A model generated the notes under the pieces. That model saw nothing but the letters and a program-made list of their open reading frames with translations. It did no database searches and had not been told where the DNA came from. The translations under genes were made by a program, and so were the position numbers. This document shows positions 16,901 through 31,179 of a stretch of 64,000 nt of DNA, one piece after another. Origin of the DNA: Eledone cirrhosa (lineage: Eukaryota); assembly GCA_964016885.1 (NCBI GenBank), contig OZ024749.1, positions 10,726,001 through 10,790,000 on the forward strand, given 5' to 3'. Numbering within the stretch: the stretch's first letter is position 1; each line of letters begins with the position of its first letter.

Positions 16901-19900
16901 TATTTGTTGTGTATATGTGGTGTATATATGGTGTATATGTGGTGTATATGTGGTGTATATATGGTGTATATATGGTGTATTTGTTGTGTATATGTGGTGT
17001 ATATGTGGTGTATATATGGTGTATATGTGGTGTATATGTGGTGTATATATGGTATATATATGGTGTATATGTGCTGTATATATGGTGCATATGTGGTGTA
17101 TACGTGGTGTATATGTGTTGTATATGTTGTGTATATGTGGTGTATATGTGGTGTCTATATGCTGATATGTGGTGTATATAATCGGTATATGTGGTGTATA
17201 TGTGGTGTATATATGGTGAATATGTGGTCTATATATGGTGTATATGTGGTGTATATGTGGTGTATATGTAGTGAATATGTTGTGTATATGTGGTGTATAT
17301 ATGGTGTATATGTGGTGTATATGTGGTGTATATGTGATGTATATGTTGTGTATATGTGGTGTATATGTTGTGTATATGTGGTGTATATGTGGTGTATATG
17401 TGATGTATATGTTGTGTATATGTGGTGTATATGTGGTGTATATATGGTGTATATGTGGTGTATATGTGGTGTATATGTGGTGTATATAATCTGTATATGT
17501 GGTGTATATATGGTGAATATGTGGTCTATATATGGTGTATATGTTGTGTATATGTGGTGTATATGTGGTGTATATGTTGTGTATATGTGGTGTATATATG
17601 GTGTATATGTGGTGTATATGTGGTGTATATGTGATGTATATGTTGTGTATATGTGGTGTATATGTTGTGTATATGTGGTGTATATGTGGTGTATATGTGA
17701 TGTATATGTTGTGTATATGTGGTGTATATGTGGTGTATATGTGGTGTATATATGGTGTATATGTGGTGTATATGTGCTGTATATATGGTGTATATGTGGT
17801 GTATATATGGTGTATATGTGGTGTATATGTTGTGTATATGTGGTGTATATATGGTGTATATGTGGTGTATATATGGTGTATATGTGGTGTATGTGCTGTA
17901 TATATGGTGTATATGTGGTGTATATGTGGTGTATATGTAGTGTATATGTGGTGTATATATGGTGTATATGTGGTGTATATGTGGTGTATACGTGGTGTAT
18001 ATATGGTGTATATGTGGTGTATATGTGCTGTATATATGGTGTATATGTGGTGTATATATGGTGTATATGTGGTGTATATGTTGTGTATATGTGGTGTATA
18101 TGTGGTGTATATATGGTGTATATGTGGTGTATATGTGGTGTATATGTGGTGTATATGTGGTGTATATATGGTGTGTATGTGGTGTATATGTTGTGTATTT
18201 GTGGTGTATATGTGGTGTATATATGGTGTATATGTAGTGTATATATGGTGTATATGTGGTGTATAAGTGGTGTATATGTGGTGTATATGTGGTGTATATA
18301 TGGTGTGTATGTGGTGTATATATAGTGTATATATGGTGTATATGTACTGTATATGTGGTGTATATATGGTGTATATGTGGTGTATATATGGTGTATATGT
18401 GGTGTATATGTTGTGTATATGTGGTGTATATGTTGTGTATATGTGGTGTATATCTGCTGTATATGTGGTGTATATAATCTGTATATGTGGTGTATATGTG
18501 GTGTATACGTGGTGTATATGTGGTGTATATGTGCTGTATATATGGTGTATATATGGTGCATATGTGCTGTATATATGGTGTATATGTGGTGTATATGTGG
18601 TGTATATATGGTGTATATGTTGTGTATATGTGGTGTTTATGTGGTGTATATGTTGTGTGTATATGGTGTATATATGCTGTATATGTGCTGTATATGTGGT
18701 GTATATATGGTGTATATGTGGTGTATACGTGGTGTATATGTGCTGTATATATGGTGTATATGTTGTGTATATGTGGTGTATATGTGGTGTATATGTTGTG
18801 TATATGTGGTGTATATATACTGTATATGTGCTGTATATGTGGTGTATATATGGTGTATATATGATGTATATGTGGTGTATATGTTGTTTATATGTGGTGT
18901 ATATGTGGTGTATATATGGTGTATATATGGTGTATATGTGGTGTATATGTGTTGTATATGTGGTGTATATGTGGTGTATATATGGTGTACATGTAGTGTA
19001 TATATGGTGTAAATGTGGTGTATATGTGGTGTATATGTGATGTATATATGGTGTATATATGGTGTATATGTGGTGTATATGTGGTGTATATATGGTGTAT
19101 ATGTGGTGTATATGTGGTGTATATAATCTGTATATGTGGTGTATATGTGGTGTATATATGCTGTATATGTGGTGTATACGGGTGTATATGTGCTGTATAT
19201 ATGGTGTATATATGGTGTATATGTGCTGTATATATGGTGTATATGTGGTGTATATGTGGTGTATATATGGTGTATATTTTGTGTATATGTGTTGTATATG
19301 TGGTGTATATGTTGTGTATATGTGGTGTATATATGCTGTATATGTGGTGTATATGTGGTGTATATGTGGGGTATGTGCTGTATATGTGCTGTATATGTGG
19401 TGTATATGTTGTGTATATGTGGTGTATATGTGATGTATATGTGGTGTATATATGATATATATGTGGTGTATATGTTGTGTATATGTGGTGTATATGTGGT
19501 GTATATATGGTGTATATATGGTGTATATGTGGTGTATATGTGGTGTATATGTGGTGTATATATGGTGTATATGTGGTGAATATATGGTGTATATCTGGTG
19601 TATATGTGATGTATATATGGTGTATATGTGGTGTATATATGTTGTATATGTGGTGTATATGTGGTGTATATATGGTGTATATGTGGTGTATATGTGGTGT
19701 ATATGTGATGTATATGTGGTGTATATATGGTGTATATGTGGTGTATATGTGATGTATATGTGGTGTATATATGGTGTATATATGGTGTATATGTGGTGTA
19801 TATGTGGTGTATATATGGTGTATATGTGGTGTATATGTGATGTATATGTGGTGTATATATGCTGTATATGTGGTGTATATGTGCTGTATATGTGGTGTAT

Positions 19901-20806
19901 ATGTGATGTATATGTGGTGTATATATGCTGTATATATGGTGTATATGTGATGTATATATGGTGTATATGTGCTGTATATATGGTGTATATATGGTGTATA
20001 TATGGTGTATATGTGGTGTATATGTGGTGTATATGTGGTGTATATATGGTGTATATGTGGTGTATATGTGGTGTATATGTGGTGTATATATGGTGTATAT
20101 ATGGTGTATATGTGGTGTATATGTGGTGTATATATGGTGTATATGTGGTGTATATATGGTGTATATATGGTGTATATATGGTGTATATGTGGTGTATATG
20201 TGGTGTATATATGGTGTATATGTGGTGTATATGTGGTGTATATGAGGTGTATATGTGGTGTATATATGGTGTATATGTGGTGTATATATGGTGTATATGT
20301 GGTGTATATGTGGTGTATATGAGGTGTATATGTGGTGTATATGTGGTTTATATATGGTGTATATGTTGTGTATATGTGGTGTATATGTGGTGCATATGTG
20401 GTGTATATGTGGTGTATATGTGGTGTATATGTGGTGTATATATGGTGTATATGTGGTGTATATGTGGTGTATATGTGGTGTATATGTGGTGTATATGTGG
20501 TTTATATATGGTGTATATGTTGTGTATATGTGGTGTATATGTGGTGCATATGTGGTGTATATGTGGTGTATATGTGGTGCATATGTGGTGTATATGTGGT
20601 GTATATGTGGTGTATATGTGGTGTATATGTGGTGTATATGTGGTGTATATATGGTGTATATGTGGTGCATATGTGGTGTATATGTGGTGTATATGTGGTG
20701 TATATGTGGTGTATATGTGGTGTATCTGTGGTGTATATATGGTGTATATGTGTTGTATATATGGTGTATATGTGGTGTATATGTGGTGTATATATGGTGT
20801 ATATGT
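7999..20806. repeat. 11-bp satellite (GTGGTGTATAT)n, ~12.8 kb, with internal block duplications
   Basis: Continuous array with ATGGT/GCTGT/GTTGT/GATGT variants and shorter units. The 33-bp period explains the YTTYTPHIHHI pseudo-ORFs. Confidence 0.98.
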
Positions 20807-21042
20807 TATGCTTTATCATTACACCGATAGCTACTAACAGTAAGCAGACCAGTGTAATATATATATTGTATATATGTACTGTATATATATATGTATACAT
20901 ACATGTTATTGATATGAAATAATATGCATGCATGTATATATAATATATATCTATATATATATATACACGTTATTCCGTGTTGAATCGGAGGTAACCACAG
21001 TAAGTAAGGTACTCAATACATAGCAGAGTATAAAAGTTTTAA

Positions 21043-21153
21043 TATATATGAGATTCTACAGGACAAGAACTGTTTCATTCTTTAGAAATCATCAGGAATC
21101 CTGATGATTTATAAAGAATGAAATAGTTCTAGTCCTGTAGAATCTCATCTATA
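21043..21153. repeat. Fold-back inverted repeat (~55 bp arms, centre 21098), Penelope-like, with a hammerhead-like core in each arm
   Basis: gagattctacaggacaagaactgtttcattctttagaaatcatcagga|a|tcctgatgatttataaagaatgaaatagttctagtcctgtagaatctc. Confidence 0.85.
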
Positions 21154-21187
21154 TATATATATATGTGTATATATATGCATGTGTATA

Positions 21188-21233
<46 letters not shown>

Positions 21234-21337
21234 ATACACACACATACATAGATATATATACACACATACATATATATATATACACACACATATATATATA
21301 TATACACACACACATATATATATATATACACACACAC

Positions 21338-21370
<33 letters not shown>

Positions 21371-21517
21371 CACACACACACACATATACATATATATACA
21401 CACACACACACATATACATATATACACACACACACACATACATATATACACACACACACACACATACATATACACACACACACACACACACATACATACA
21501 CACACACACACATACAC

Positions 21518-21548
<31 letters not shown>

Positions 21549-21555
21549 TATATAT

Positions 21556-21630
<75 letters not shown>

Positions 21631-21640
21631 CATATATCTA
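21154..21640. repeat. Compound (TA)n/(AAT)n/(CA)n microsatellite
   Basis: Direct inspection. Confidence 0.97.
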
Positions 21641-21919
21641 TGTAAAGTTATGTTGGTGCCGCGCCATCCATGCCAAAACAAATGAGATCGTGTAGGTGTC
21701 ACGACAAAAAAACACACAGTCCACGCTGTAATGTGGCCGTGTAGGCAACACGGTAAAAACCTCCCAGACCCACACTGTAAATGTGGTTGGTGTTAGGAAG
21801 GGCATCCAACTGTAGAAAACCTGCCAGACAGTCCTATGCGAGCAAGACAATCACTCTTGCCTCAAGTGGGACTACCCCCGTCCAAACCCATGCAAGCGTG
21901 GAACATGGACGTTAAACGT

Positions 21920-21951
<32 letters not shown>
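21641..21951 (+). mobile_element. 5'-truncated RTE-family 3' UTR copy (one 112-bp unit) with (GAT)n tail
   Basis: Matches the reverse complement of ~51570-51982, which follows an RTE ORF2 stop codon. Ends ggacgttaaacgtt(gat)n. Confidence 0.85.
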
Positions 21952-22119
21952 TATCTATGTATGTATAATACAAGGTACGCTCTGACGGATTACTAGTACA
22001 AGAGAATAGAAACAAAACAAGACTTAAAGAATAAGACATTTCCCACAAAATGGCCTATTCCCCCTCACCACCACTATCAACACCCCAATGCGCCCTCTCC
22101 CCCACACAGACCCTCACCA

Positions 22120-25100
22120 CAACCAGAGCCGCCACCCCCACCACCCCTACCATCACCACTACCACCAACATTGTCACAGTCACCACCGCCACCACCACCT
22201 CTACCACTGCCATCTTCACCACCGCAACCACCACCACCACCATCACTTCTACCACCGCGACCAGCACCACCACAACCATCGCTGCCACCACCATCACCAC
22301 CATCACTTCTACCACCGTGACCACTACCACAACCATCACCACCACCACCACCACCACCACCATCACTTCTACCACCGCGACCACCACCACCACCATCGCT
22401 GCCACCACCACCACCACTTCTACCACCGTGACCACCACCACAACCATCACCACCACCACCACCACCACCACCATCACTTCTACCACCGCGACCACCACCA
22501 CAACCATCGCTGCCACCACCACCACCACAACCGTCGCTGACACCACCACCACCACCATCACTTCTACCACCGCGACCACCACCACAACCATCGCTGCCAC
22601 CACCACCACCACAACCATCGCTGACACCACCACCACCACCATCACTTCTACCACCGCGACCACCACCACAACCATTGCTACCACCACCACCACAACCATC
22701 AATTCTACCACCGCCACCACCACCACAACCATCGCTGCCACCACCACCACCACCATCACTTCTACCACTGCCACCACCACCACCACCACCATCACCTCTA
22801 ACACTGCCACCACCACCACAACCATCGCTGCCACCACCACCACCACCATCACCTCTACCACCGCGACCACCACCACAACCATCGCTGCCACCACCACCAC
22901 CACCATCACCTCTACCACTGCCACCACCACCACAACCATCGCTGACACCACCACCACCACCATCACTTCTACCACCGCCACCACCACCACAACCATCGCT
23001 GCCACCACCACCACCACCATCACTTCTACCACTGCCACCACCACCACCACCACCACCATCACTTCTACCACCGCGACCACCACCACAACCATCGCTGCCA
23101 CCACCACCACCACCATCACCTCTACCACTGCCACCACCACCACAACCATCGCTGCCACCACCACCACCACCACCATCACCTCTACCACCGCGACCACCAC
23201 CACAACCATCGCTGCCACCACCACCATCACCTCTACCACTGCCACCACCATCACAACCATCGCTGCCACCACCACCACCACCATCACTTCTACCACCGCC
23301 ACCACCACCACAACCATCGCTGCCACCACCACCACCACCATCACCTCTACCACTGCCACCACCATCACAACCATCGCTGCCACCACCACCACCACCATCA
23401 CTTCTACCACCGCCACCACCACCACAACCATCGCTGCCACCACCACCACCACCACCATCACTTCTACCACTGCCACCACCACCATCACCTCTACCACTGC
23501 CACCACCACCACCACCATCACCTCTACCACTGCCACCACCATCACAACCATCGCTGCCACCACCACCACCACCATCACTTCTACCACTGCCACCACCACC
23601 ACAACCATCGCTGCCACCACCACCACCACAACCATTGCTACCACCACCACCACCATCACTTCTACCACCGCGACCACCACCACAACCATCGCTGCCACCA
23701 CCACCACCACCATCACTTCTACCACTGCCACCACCATCACAACCATCGCTGCCACCACCACCACCACCATCACTTCTACCACCGCCACCACCACCACAAC
23801 CATCGCTGCCACCACCACCACCACCATCACTTCTACCACTGCCACCACCACCACCACAACCATTGCTGCCACCACCACCACCACCATCACTTCTACCACT
23901 GCCACCACCACCACCACCATCACTTCTACCACTGCCACCACCACCACAACCATCGCTGCCACCACCACCACCACAACCATTGCTACCACCACCACCACCA
24001 CCATCACTTCTACCACCGCGACCACCACCACAACCATCGCTGCCACCACCACCACCACCATCACCTCTACCACTGCCACCACCACCACAACCATCGCTGA
24101 CACCACCACCACCACCATCACTTCTACCACCGCCACCACCACCACAATCATCGCTGCCACCACCACCACCACCATCACCTCTACCACTGCCACCACCATC
24201 ACAACCATCGCTGCCACCACCACCACCACCATCACTTCTACCACCGCCACCACCACCACAACCATCGCTGCCACCACCACCACCACCACCATCACTTCTA
24301 CCACTGCCACCACCACCACCACCACAACCATTGCTGCCACCACCACCACCACCACAACCATTGCTGCCACCACCACCACCACCATCACCTCTACCACTGC
24401 CACCACCACCACCACCATCACCTCTACCACTGCCACCACCATCACAACCATCGCTGCCACCACCACCACCACCATCACTTCTACCACTGCCACCACCACC
24501 ACAACCATCGCTGCCACCACCACCACCACAACCATTGCTACCACCACCACCACCACCATCACTTCTACCACCGCGACCACCACCACAACCATCGCTGCCA
24601 CCACCACCACCACCATCACTTCTACCACTGCCACCACCATCACAACCATCGCTGCCACCACCACCACCACCATCACTTCTACCACCGCCACCACCACCAC
24701 AACCATCGCTGCCACCACCACCACCACCATCACTTCTACCACTGCCACCACCACTACCACAACCATTGCTGCCACCACCACCACCACCATCACTTCTACC
24801 ACTGCCACCACCACCACCACCATAACTTCTACCACTGCCACCACCACCACAACCATCGCTGCCACCACCACCACCACAACCATTGCTACCACCACCACCA
24901 CCACCATCACTTCTACCACCGCGACCACCACCACAACCATCGCTGCCACCACCACCACCACCATCACTTCTACCACTGCCACCACCACCACAACCATCGC
25001 TGCCACCACCACCACCACCATCACTTCTACCACTGCCACCACCATCACAACCATCGCTGCCACCACCACCACCACAACCATTGCTACCACCACCACCACC

Positions 25101-26798
25101 ACCATCACTTCTACCACCGCGACCACCACCACAACCATCGCTGCCACCACCACCACCACCATCACTTCTACCACTGCCACCACCATCACCACCATCACTT
25201 CTACCACTGCCACCACCACCACAACCATCGCTGCCACCACCATCACCACCACTTCTACCACCGCCACCACCACCACAACCATCGCTGCCACCACCACCAT
25301 CACTTCTACCACTGCCACCACCACCACAACCATCGCTGCCACCACCACCACCACCATCACTTCTACCACTGCCACCACCACCACAACCATCGCTGCCACC
25401 ACCACCACCACAACAATTGCTACCACCACCACCACCACCATCACTTCTACCACCGCGACCACCACCACAACCATCGCTGCCACCACCACCACCACCATCA
25501 CTTCTACCACTGCCACCACCACCACAACCATCGCTGCCACCACCACCACCACCATCACTTCTACCACTGCCACCACCATCACAACCATCGCTGCCACCAC
25601 CACCACCACCATCACTTCTACCACCGCCACCACCACCACAACCATCGCTGCCACCACCACCACCACCATCACTTCTACCACTGCCACCACCACCACAACC
25701 ATCGCTGCCACCACCACCACCACCATCACTTCTACCACTGCCACCACCACCACAACCATCGCTGCCACCACCACCACCACCATCACTTCTACCACTGCCA
25801 CCACCACCACAACCATCGCTGCCACCACCACCACCACCATCACTTCTACCACTGCCACCACCACCACAACCATCGCTGCCACCACCACCACCACAACAAT
25901 TGCTACCACCACCACCACCACCATCACTTCTACCACCGCGACCACCACCACAACCATCGCTGCCACCACCACCACCACCATCACTTCTACCACTGCCACC
26001 ACCACCACAACCATCGCTGCCACCACCACCACCACCATCACTTCTACCACTGCCACCACCATCACAACCATCGCTGCCACCACCACCACCACCATCACTT
26101 CTACCACCGCCACCACCACCACAACCATCGCTGCCACCACCACCACCACCATCACTTCTACCACTGCCACCACCACCACAACCATCGCTGCCACCACCAC
26201 CACCACCATCACTTCTACCACCGCCACCACCACCACAACCATCGCTGCCACCACCACCACCACCATCACTACTACCACTGCCACCACCACCACAACCATC
26301 GCTGCCACCACCACCACCACCATCACTTCTACCACTGCCACCACCACCACAACCATCGCTGCCACCACCACCACCACCATCACTTCTACCACTGCCACCA
26401 CCACCACAACCATTGCTACCACCACCACCACCACCACCATCACTTCTACCACCGCGACCACCACCACAACCATCGCTGCCACCACCACCACCACCATCAC
26501 TTCTACCACTGCTACCACCATCACTTCTACCACTGCCACCACCACCACAACCATCGCTGCCACCACCACCACCACCATCACTTCTACCACCGCCACCACC
26601 ACCACAACCATCGCTGCCACCACCACCACCACCACTTCTACCACCGCCACCACCACCACAACCATCGCTGCCACCACCACCACCACCACCATCACTTCTA
26701 CCACTGCCACCACAACCATCGCTGCCACCACCGCCACCACCACCACCACCACCACCACCACCACCATCACTTCTACCACCAACACCACCACCACCACC
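22120..26798. repeat. Triplet-phased ACC-based minisatellite (~57 bp unit), spanned by the Thr-rich ORF 22050-26813
   Basis: Unit accaccatcacttctaccactgccaccaccaccacaaccatcgctgcc(acc)n. Length variation is in multiples of 3, and several frames are open. Confidence 0.95.
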
Positions 26799-26939
26799 TG
26801 GTGTATAATTTAATAAAGAAGTCACAATAATTGCTGTTATAGGAATTGTGATTATTTGGAAGAGATTTAAGCTGCAGATAAAAGGGGAGGTAATCAACTA
26901 ATTTAAGTAACATTGATTAGCTTCAGTTAAGCTGTTACG

Positions 26940-27203
26940 TACACATATACATACATACACACATACATACACTCACCCCACACACACATATATGCATACA
27001 CACTTATATACATACACACTTGTACACATGCATATATACACACACACATACATACATATACACTCATACACACACACAACAGATACCCCACACACATACA
27101 CATGTACATCCACACCTACACACATGTACATCCATACACACATACATGCACATGCACACACGCATACATATATATGTATATACATATATATATGTATATA
27201 TAT
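26940..27203. repeat. (CA)/(TA)/(CATA) microsatellite
   Basis: Direct inspection. Confidence 0.9.
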
Positions 27204-27306
27204 AAGATAAGGAAGTTTTCACTTTATCTTGGTAAATTCATATTTGTGTGGAATGAATATGTAAACAACATTGAAGGACCAGCTTACCAGATGTTGACAT
27301 GGTTAA

Positions 27307-27516
27307 CCCATTAGCATTTAAACCGGCCATATCCGGCCAGAATTCTCTCGCTTCTTTTTTTTAAAACCTGCCGTAACTGGCCACACATACTGATGTTAAG
27401 GTATTGTTCTAAAAAAATATCAAAATAGATTCAATATCATGTGAGATATTATGTAAGATAAAGCCTTTACCATGAAAATAGAATAATATATATAGAGTAC
27501 TGTAAATGCTAAAGGG
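27307..27516. mobile_element. MITE with TTAA target-site duplication and CCC..GGG termini (piggyBac-type)
   Basis: ttaa|cccattagcattta ... taaatgctaaaggg|ttaa; 210 bp, non-coding. Confidence 0.85.
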
Positions 27517-27849
27517 TTAATGGAGTCATGTAATCCAGATGTGAAGTCTTTGAGTATGGTTCAAGGTTCCAAGACTTCATGGAGTAATTTAATGTAAAAT
27601 ATTGTATTAGGAAAAACAGGTAAAAAATGAAGAGAAATTTGAAGAAAGGTTTATTTGGTTTTATTGCTGGTTACGTAATCGTCTACGAGAGCAGTACAGG
27701 AATATTTTTCTATTCACTTGCATGTTCAGCAAATCTTCAGAGATAAATGAAATAATATATATTTTTTAGGTATATTTGTGTATAAAGGGAATCTAATTAA
27801 GTACATATTATTAAAATTCAAACCAAACTCATTAGAGTGCACACATACG

Positions 27850-28326
27850 TTAATCAGTGCTACAAAAGGCTTTGCCCTCAAAACGAAAGGCAGGCTGTAT
27901 GAAGCGTGCATATGAACAGCAATGTTGCATGGTAGTGAGACCTGGGTGCTATGTGAATGGCAAAGCATGAACGAACTGATACAGAAACTAGGCATAAGAG
28001 GAATCAAATGTCATGTGCAGGAGAGGAGATTGCACTGGTATGGACATGTGATGGGTATGAAGGATGACAGCTGTATAAAAAAGTACAGAGGGCTTGAAGT
28101 CGATGAAAGCCTTGGAGTGGGGAGACCCAGGAAGACTTGGGATGAGGTGATCAAAGCTGAGCTTGCTCAATTGCACCTATCAAAGACAACCAGAGCCGCC
28201 ACCCTCACCACCACTACCATCACTATCATAACCATCACCACTACCACCAACATTGTCACAGTGTGTATGTGTGTGTGTAATGCTGTAATACAGAAGTCTC
28301 GCCTTTCCATGTTCAGAAGCTGAAGC
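27850..28326 (+). mobile_element. RTE-clade LINE ORF2 C-terminal remnant (older copy) with (GCTGAA) tail
   Basis: MLHGSETW..RRLHWYGHVM..GRPRKTWDEVIK. Homologous to 50572-51075, with an internal deletion and a foreign ~75 bp segment. Confidence 0.9.
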
Positions 28327-28439
28327 ATATATACATTATATATACAGGTTGAAGCTAAATCATACATATATATATTATATACCAACCCCACCCTGCCCTC
28401 CCATACATATCTCATGAGGACAGGCTGTAGTATACATCC

Positions 28440-29067
28440 AGTGAAGCCTCCAGCCCACACTGTAAGGTGGTCGTCATGGTGACACGACAAAAAGCACCCA
28501 GCCCACACTGTAAAGTGGTCATGTAGGTGTTATGACAAAAAGCATTCAGCCCGCACTGTAAAGTAGTTGTGTAGGTGTCATGAAAAAAAGTACCCAGCCC
28601 ACACTGTAAAGTGGTCATGTAGATGTCACGACAAAAAGCACCCAGCATACATTGTAAAGTAGTCGTGTAGGTGACACGGTAAAAAACACCCAGCCTACAC
28701 TGTAAAGTGGTCATGTAGATGTCATGACAAAAAGCACCCAGCATACATTGTAAAGTGGTTGTGTAGATGTCATAGCAAAAAGTATCCAGCCCACACTGTA
28801 AAGTAGTCGTGTAAGTGTCATGACAAAATGTACCCAGCCCACACTAAAGTGGTTGTGTGGATATCACAACAAAAAGCACCCAGCATACAGTATAAATGTC
28901 GTTGGCATTAAGAAGGGCATCCAGCCATAGAAACTTAGCCAGAAACAGATCTGTGTGAGCAAGACATGGTCACCTGACACAACTTGCCTGAGACAGGACA
29001 ACCTATCTAACGCATGCTAGAATGGAAAAATGGATGTTAAATGGTGATCCTGATGATGATGATGATC
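28440..29067 (+). mobile_element. SINE/RTE-tail element with internal 48-bp tandem array (~9 units, ~28450-28895)
   Basis: Unit ccacactgtaaagtggtcgtgtaggtgtcacgacaaaaagcacccagc, then aagaagggcatccagcc..ggatgttaa..(gat)n tail. Confidence 0.85.
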
Positions 29068-29299
29068 AAATATATATATATATATATTTCCTTTGTATGA
29101 CTTTGTTTTATTGTTGTATAAAAATTTCAAAGAAACATTTGAAGTTGAGTATATTATCGAGAAAATCATTTTTCTTTTCTCTTTTTTGGGTTTTGTAAAT
29201 GTGGGAATTATGTACTATATAATCAGTAGTGAATATAGTTGAAACCACATATTCCATCACACATGCATGCACAGAGACATGCAATGAAATGCTTATGCA

Positions 29300-29501
<202 letters not shown>

Positions 29502-29502
<1 letters not shown>

Positions 29503-29649
29503 TAGCAGAATGGCCCGGCGTTGCTCGGGATTTGCTCTAGGGTTCTTATATATTTGATATATATTTATCCTTATCGAGCCTCGTGAAATAAATACGTTTG
29601 TTTATATTTTGTTTTTGTGTATGCAAAAATATCTGTACACGAATATATG

Positions 29650-29691
<42 letters not shown>

Positions 29692-30116
29692 TAACAGATT
29701 AAAGTTTAAGCAAAGAATCGCTGCTTTCACCCTTAACGGGTTCTTCTGAAACTAAAAAAAATCAATCTGTGAACACAGAAGTAAATATTTCGAAAAACGT
29801 TACACACTATATATACATATATACACACACAGATAGCGACGTCATAATGTCGTATTGCAGACAGCCAGACATACAGACAGATAGTATAAGGGCGCAACGT
29901 TATATCTATGTATCTATCATAAAATAAAGACTAAGAATTATAGAAAGAGATCACTAAATCGCCTAATGCCCTAGGGCATTGAAAGTTTCAAATATTGTTT
30001 GCTCAAAACATTCACAGGATCATAAGTATTACATGTGTAAAGTTTGAAAACAATCGGTTGGGTGGTTCTCGAGTTTTAGGGAGTCAGACAGACATTCTCT
30101 GTTTTAGATATATAGA
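29502..30116 (-). mobile_element. Non-autonomous Helitron-like element
   Basis: The minus strand starts A|TCTATATA and ends with hairpin CCCGAGCAACGCCGGG followed by CTAG|T. Internal ACAG repeats and aatcggtt..gttctcgagt resemble Lep1-type Helitrons. Confidence 0.8.
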
Positions 30117-30982
30117 TAAAATTCTTTGTCTCTCTCTCTCTGTCTGTTCCTATGCATTCTCAAATGGCTGGACCAAATCAAATCAAATTTTGCAAGGTAT
30201 TCAACCCCAGGAGTGTCAACATGTAATTTTTATTTTCATTTGGATTAAAACAATATAACATTTTATCTAAAATAATCTTTCTATAGTAGTCAACTATAGT
30301 AAAGGGCATTTTATACCACCACCACGACGATGATGTCTCATTTTGTATATGAGTGTGTATGTGTCTGTGAGTGTGTGTGTGTTTGCGAGTTTGTTACCTA
30401 CGTTATACATGTGGTGACAGACATGTAATAGATGTGCGTGAATGTATTTCTCTGTGTGTCTGTCTTAGTATGTGCATGTGTATGTGAGTGTATGTGTGAT
30501 AATTTTTATTTTAACGTTAGGCCTCAGAGAATTAATTACACACACACACACACATCTACACATACATATAGTCTTATAAGTTGCATAAACATTATCTTCA
30601 GACACAGACAATTAAACACACACACATCTACACATACAGATACACGTGTGGTGACAGACAATAGGTGTGCGTGAATGCATGTCTGTGTGTGTGTCTGTCT
30701 TAGTATATGTATGTAAGAGTGTATGTGAGTGAATGTGTAGCAACAATTTATTCATTTGGACACCAACAAAAGATGACACAATGAATATTGTTTACCCTAA
30801 GGTGTTTCAAGATTGACAGATTTTCATTTCTAAATTCTATTATCTACAATTTTGATATTTTTTTCATAAGATATAGATATTTTGAAATAATTAGGAGAAA
30901 AGAAAACATGTCTTCATATTCATTGTTTACTAATCTGAACAAGAACAGCAGTAACCTGGGCAACGCTGGATAATTCAGCTAG
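30117..30982 (+). mobile_element. Second non-autonomous Helitron-like element, head-to-head with the previous one
   Basis: Ends cctgggcaacgctgga..ttcagCTAG|T. The 5' part is homologous (inverted) to ~37330-37560. Confidence 0.7.
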
Positions 30983-31118
30983 TATATGAGTGTATATATA
31001 TATATATGCATAAATATATATATAAGGGTCTACCTTATTGAGTGCTTTGCTGCTCATTCCTAATTGTTGGTCGTTAGCTTGGCCACAGCCAAAGCTTCGA
31101 TTTTACTAAGCTTCCACT

Positions 31119-31158
<40 letters not shown>

Positions 31159-31179
31159 AGTCAGTAGGCATCTCTATCA

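Noticed and set aside
7995-20837. Very long ORFs (up to 3,031 aa; YTTYTPHIHHI / VVYMWCICG)
   Set aside because: Translations of a stop-poor 11-bp repeat that is open in many frames on both strands.
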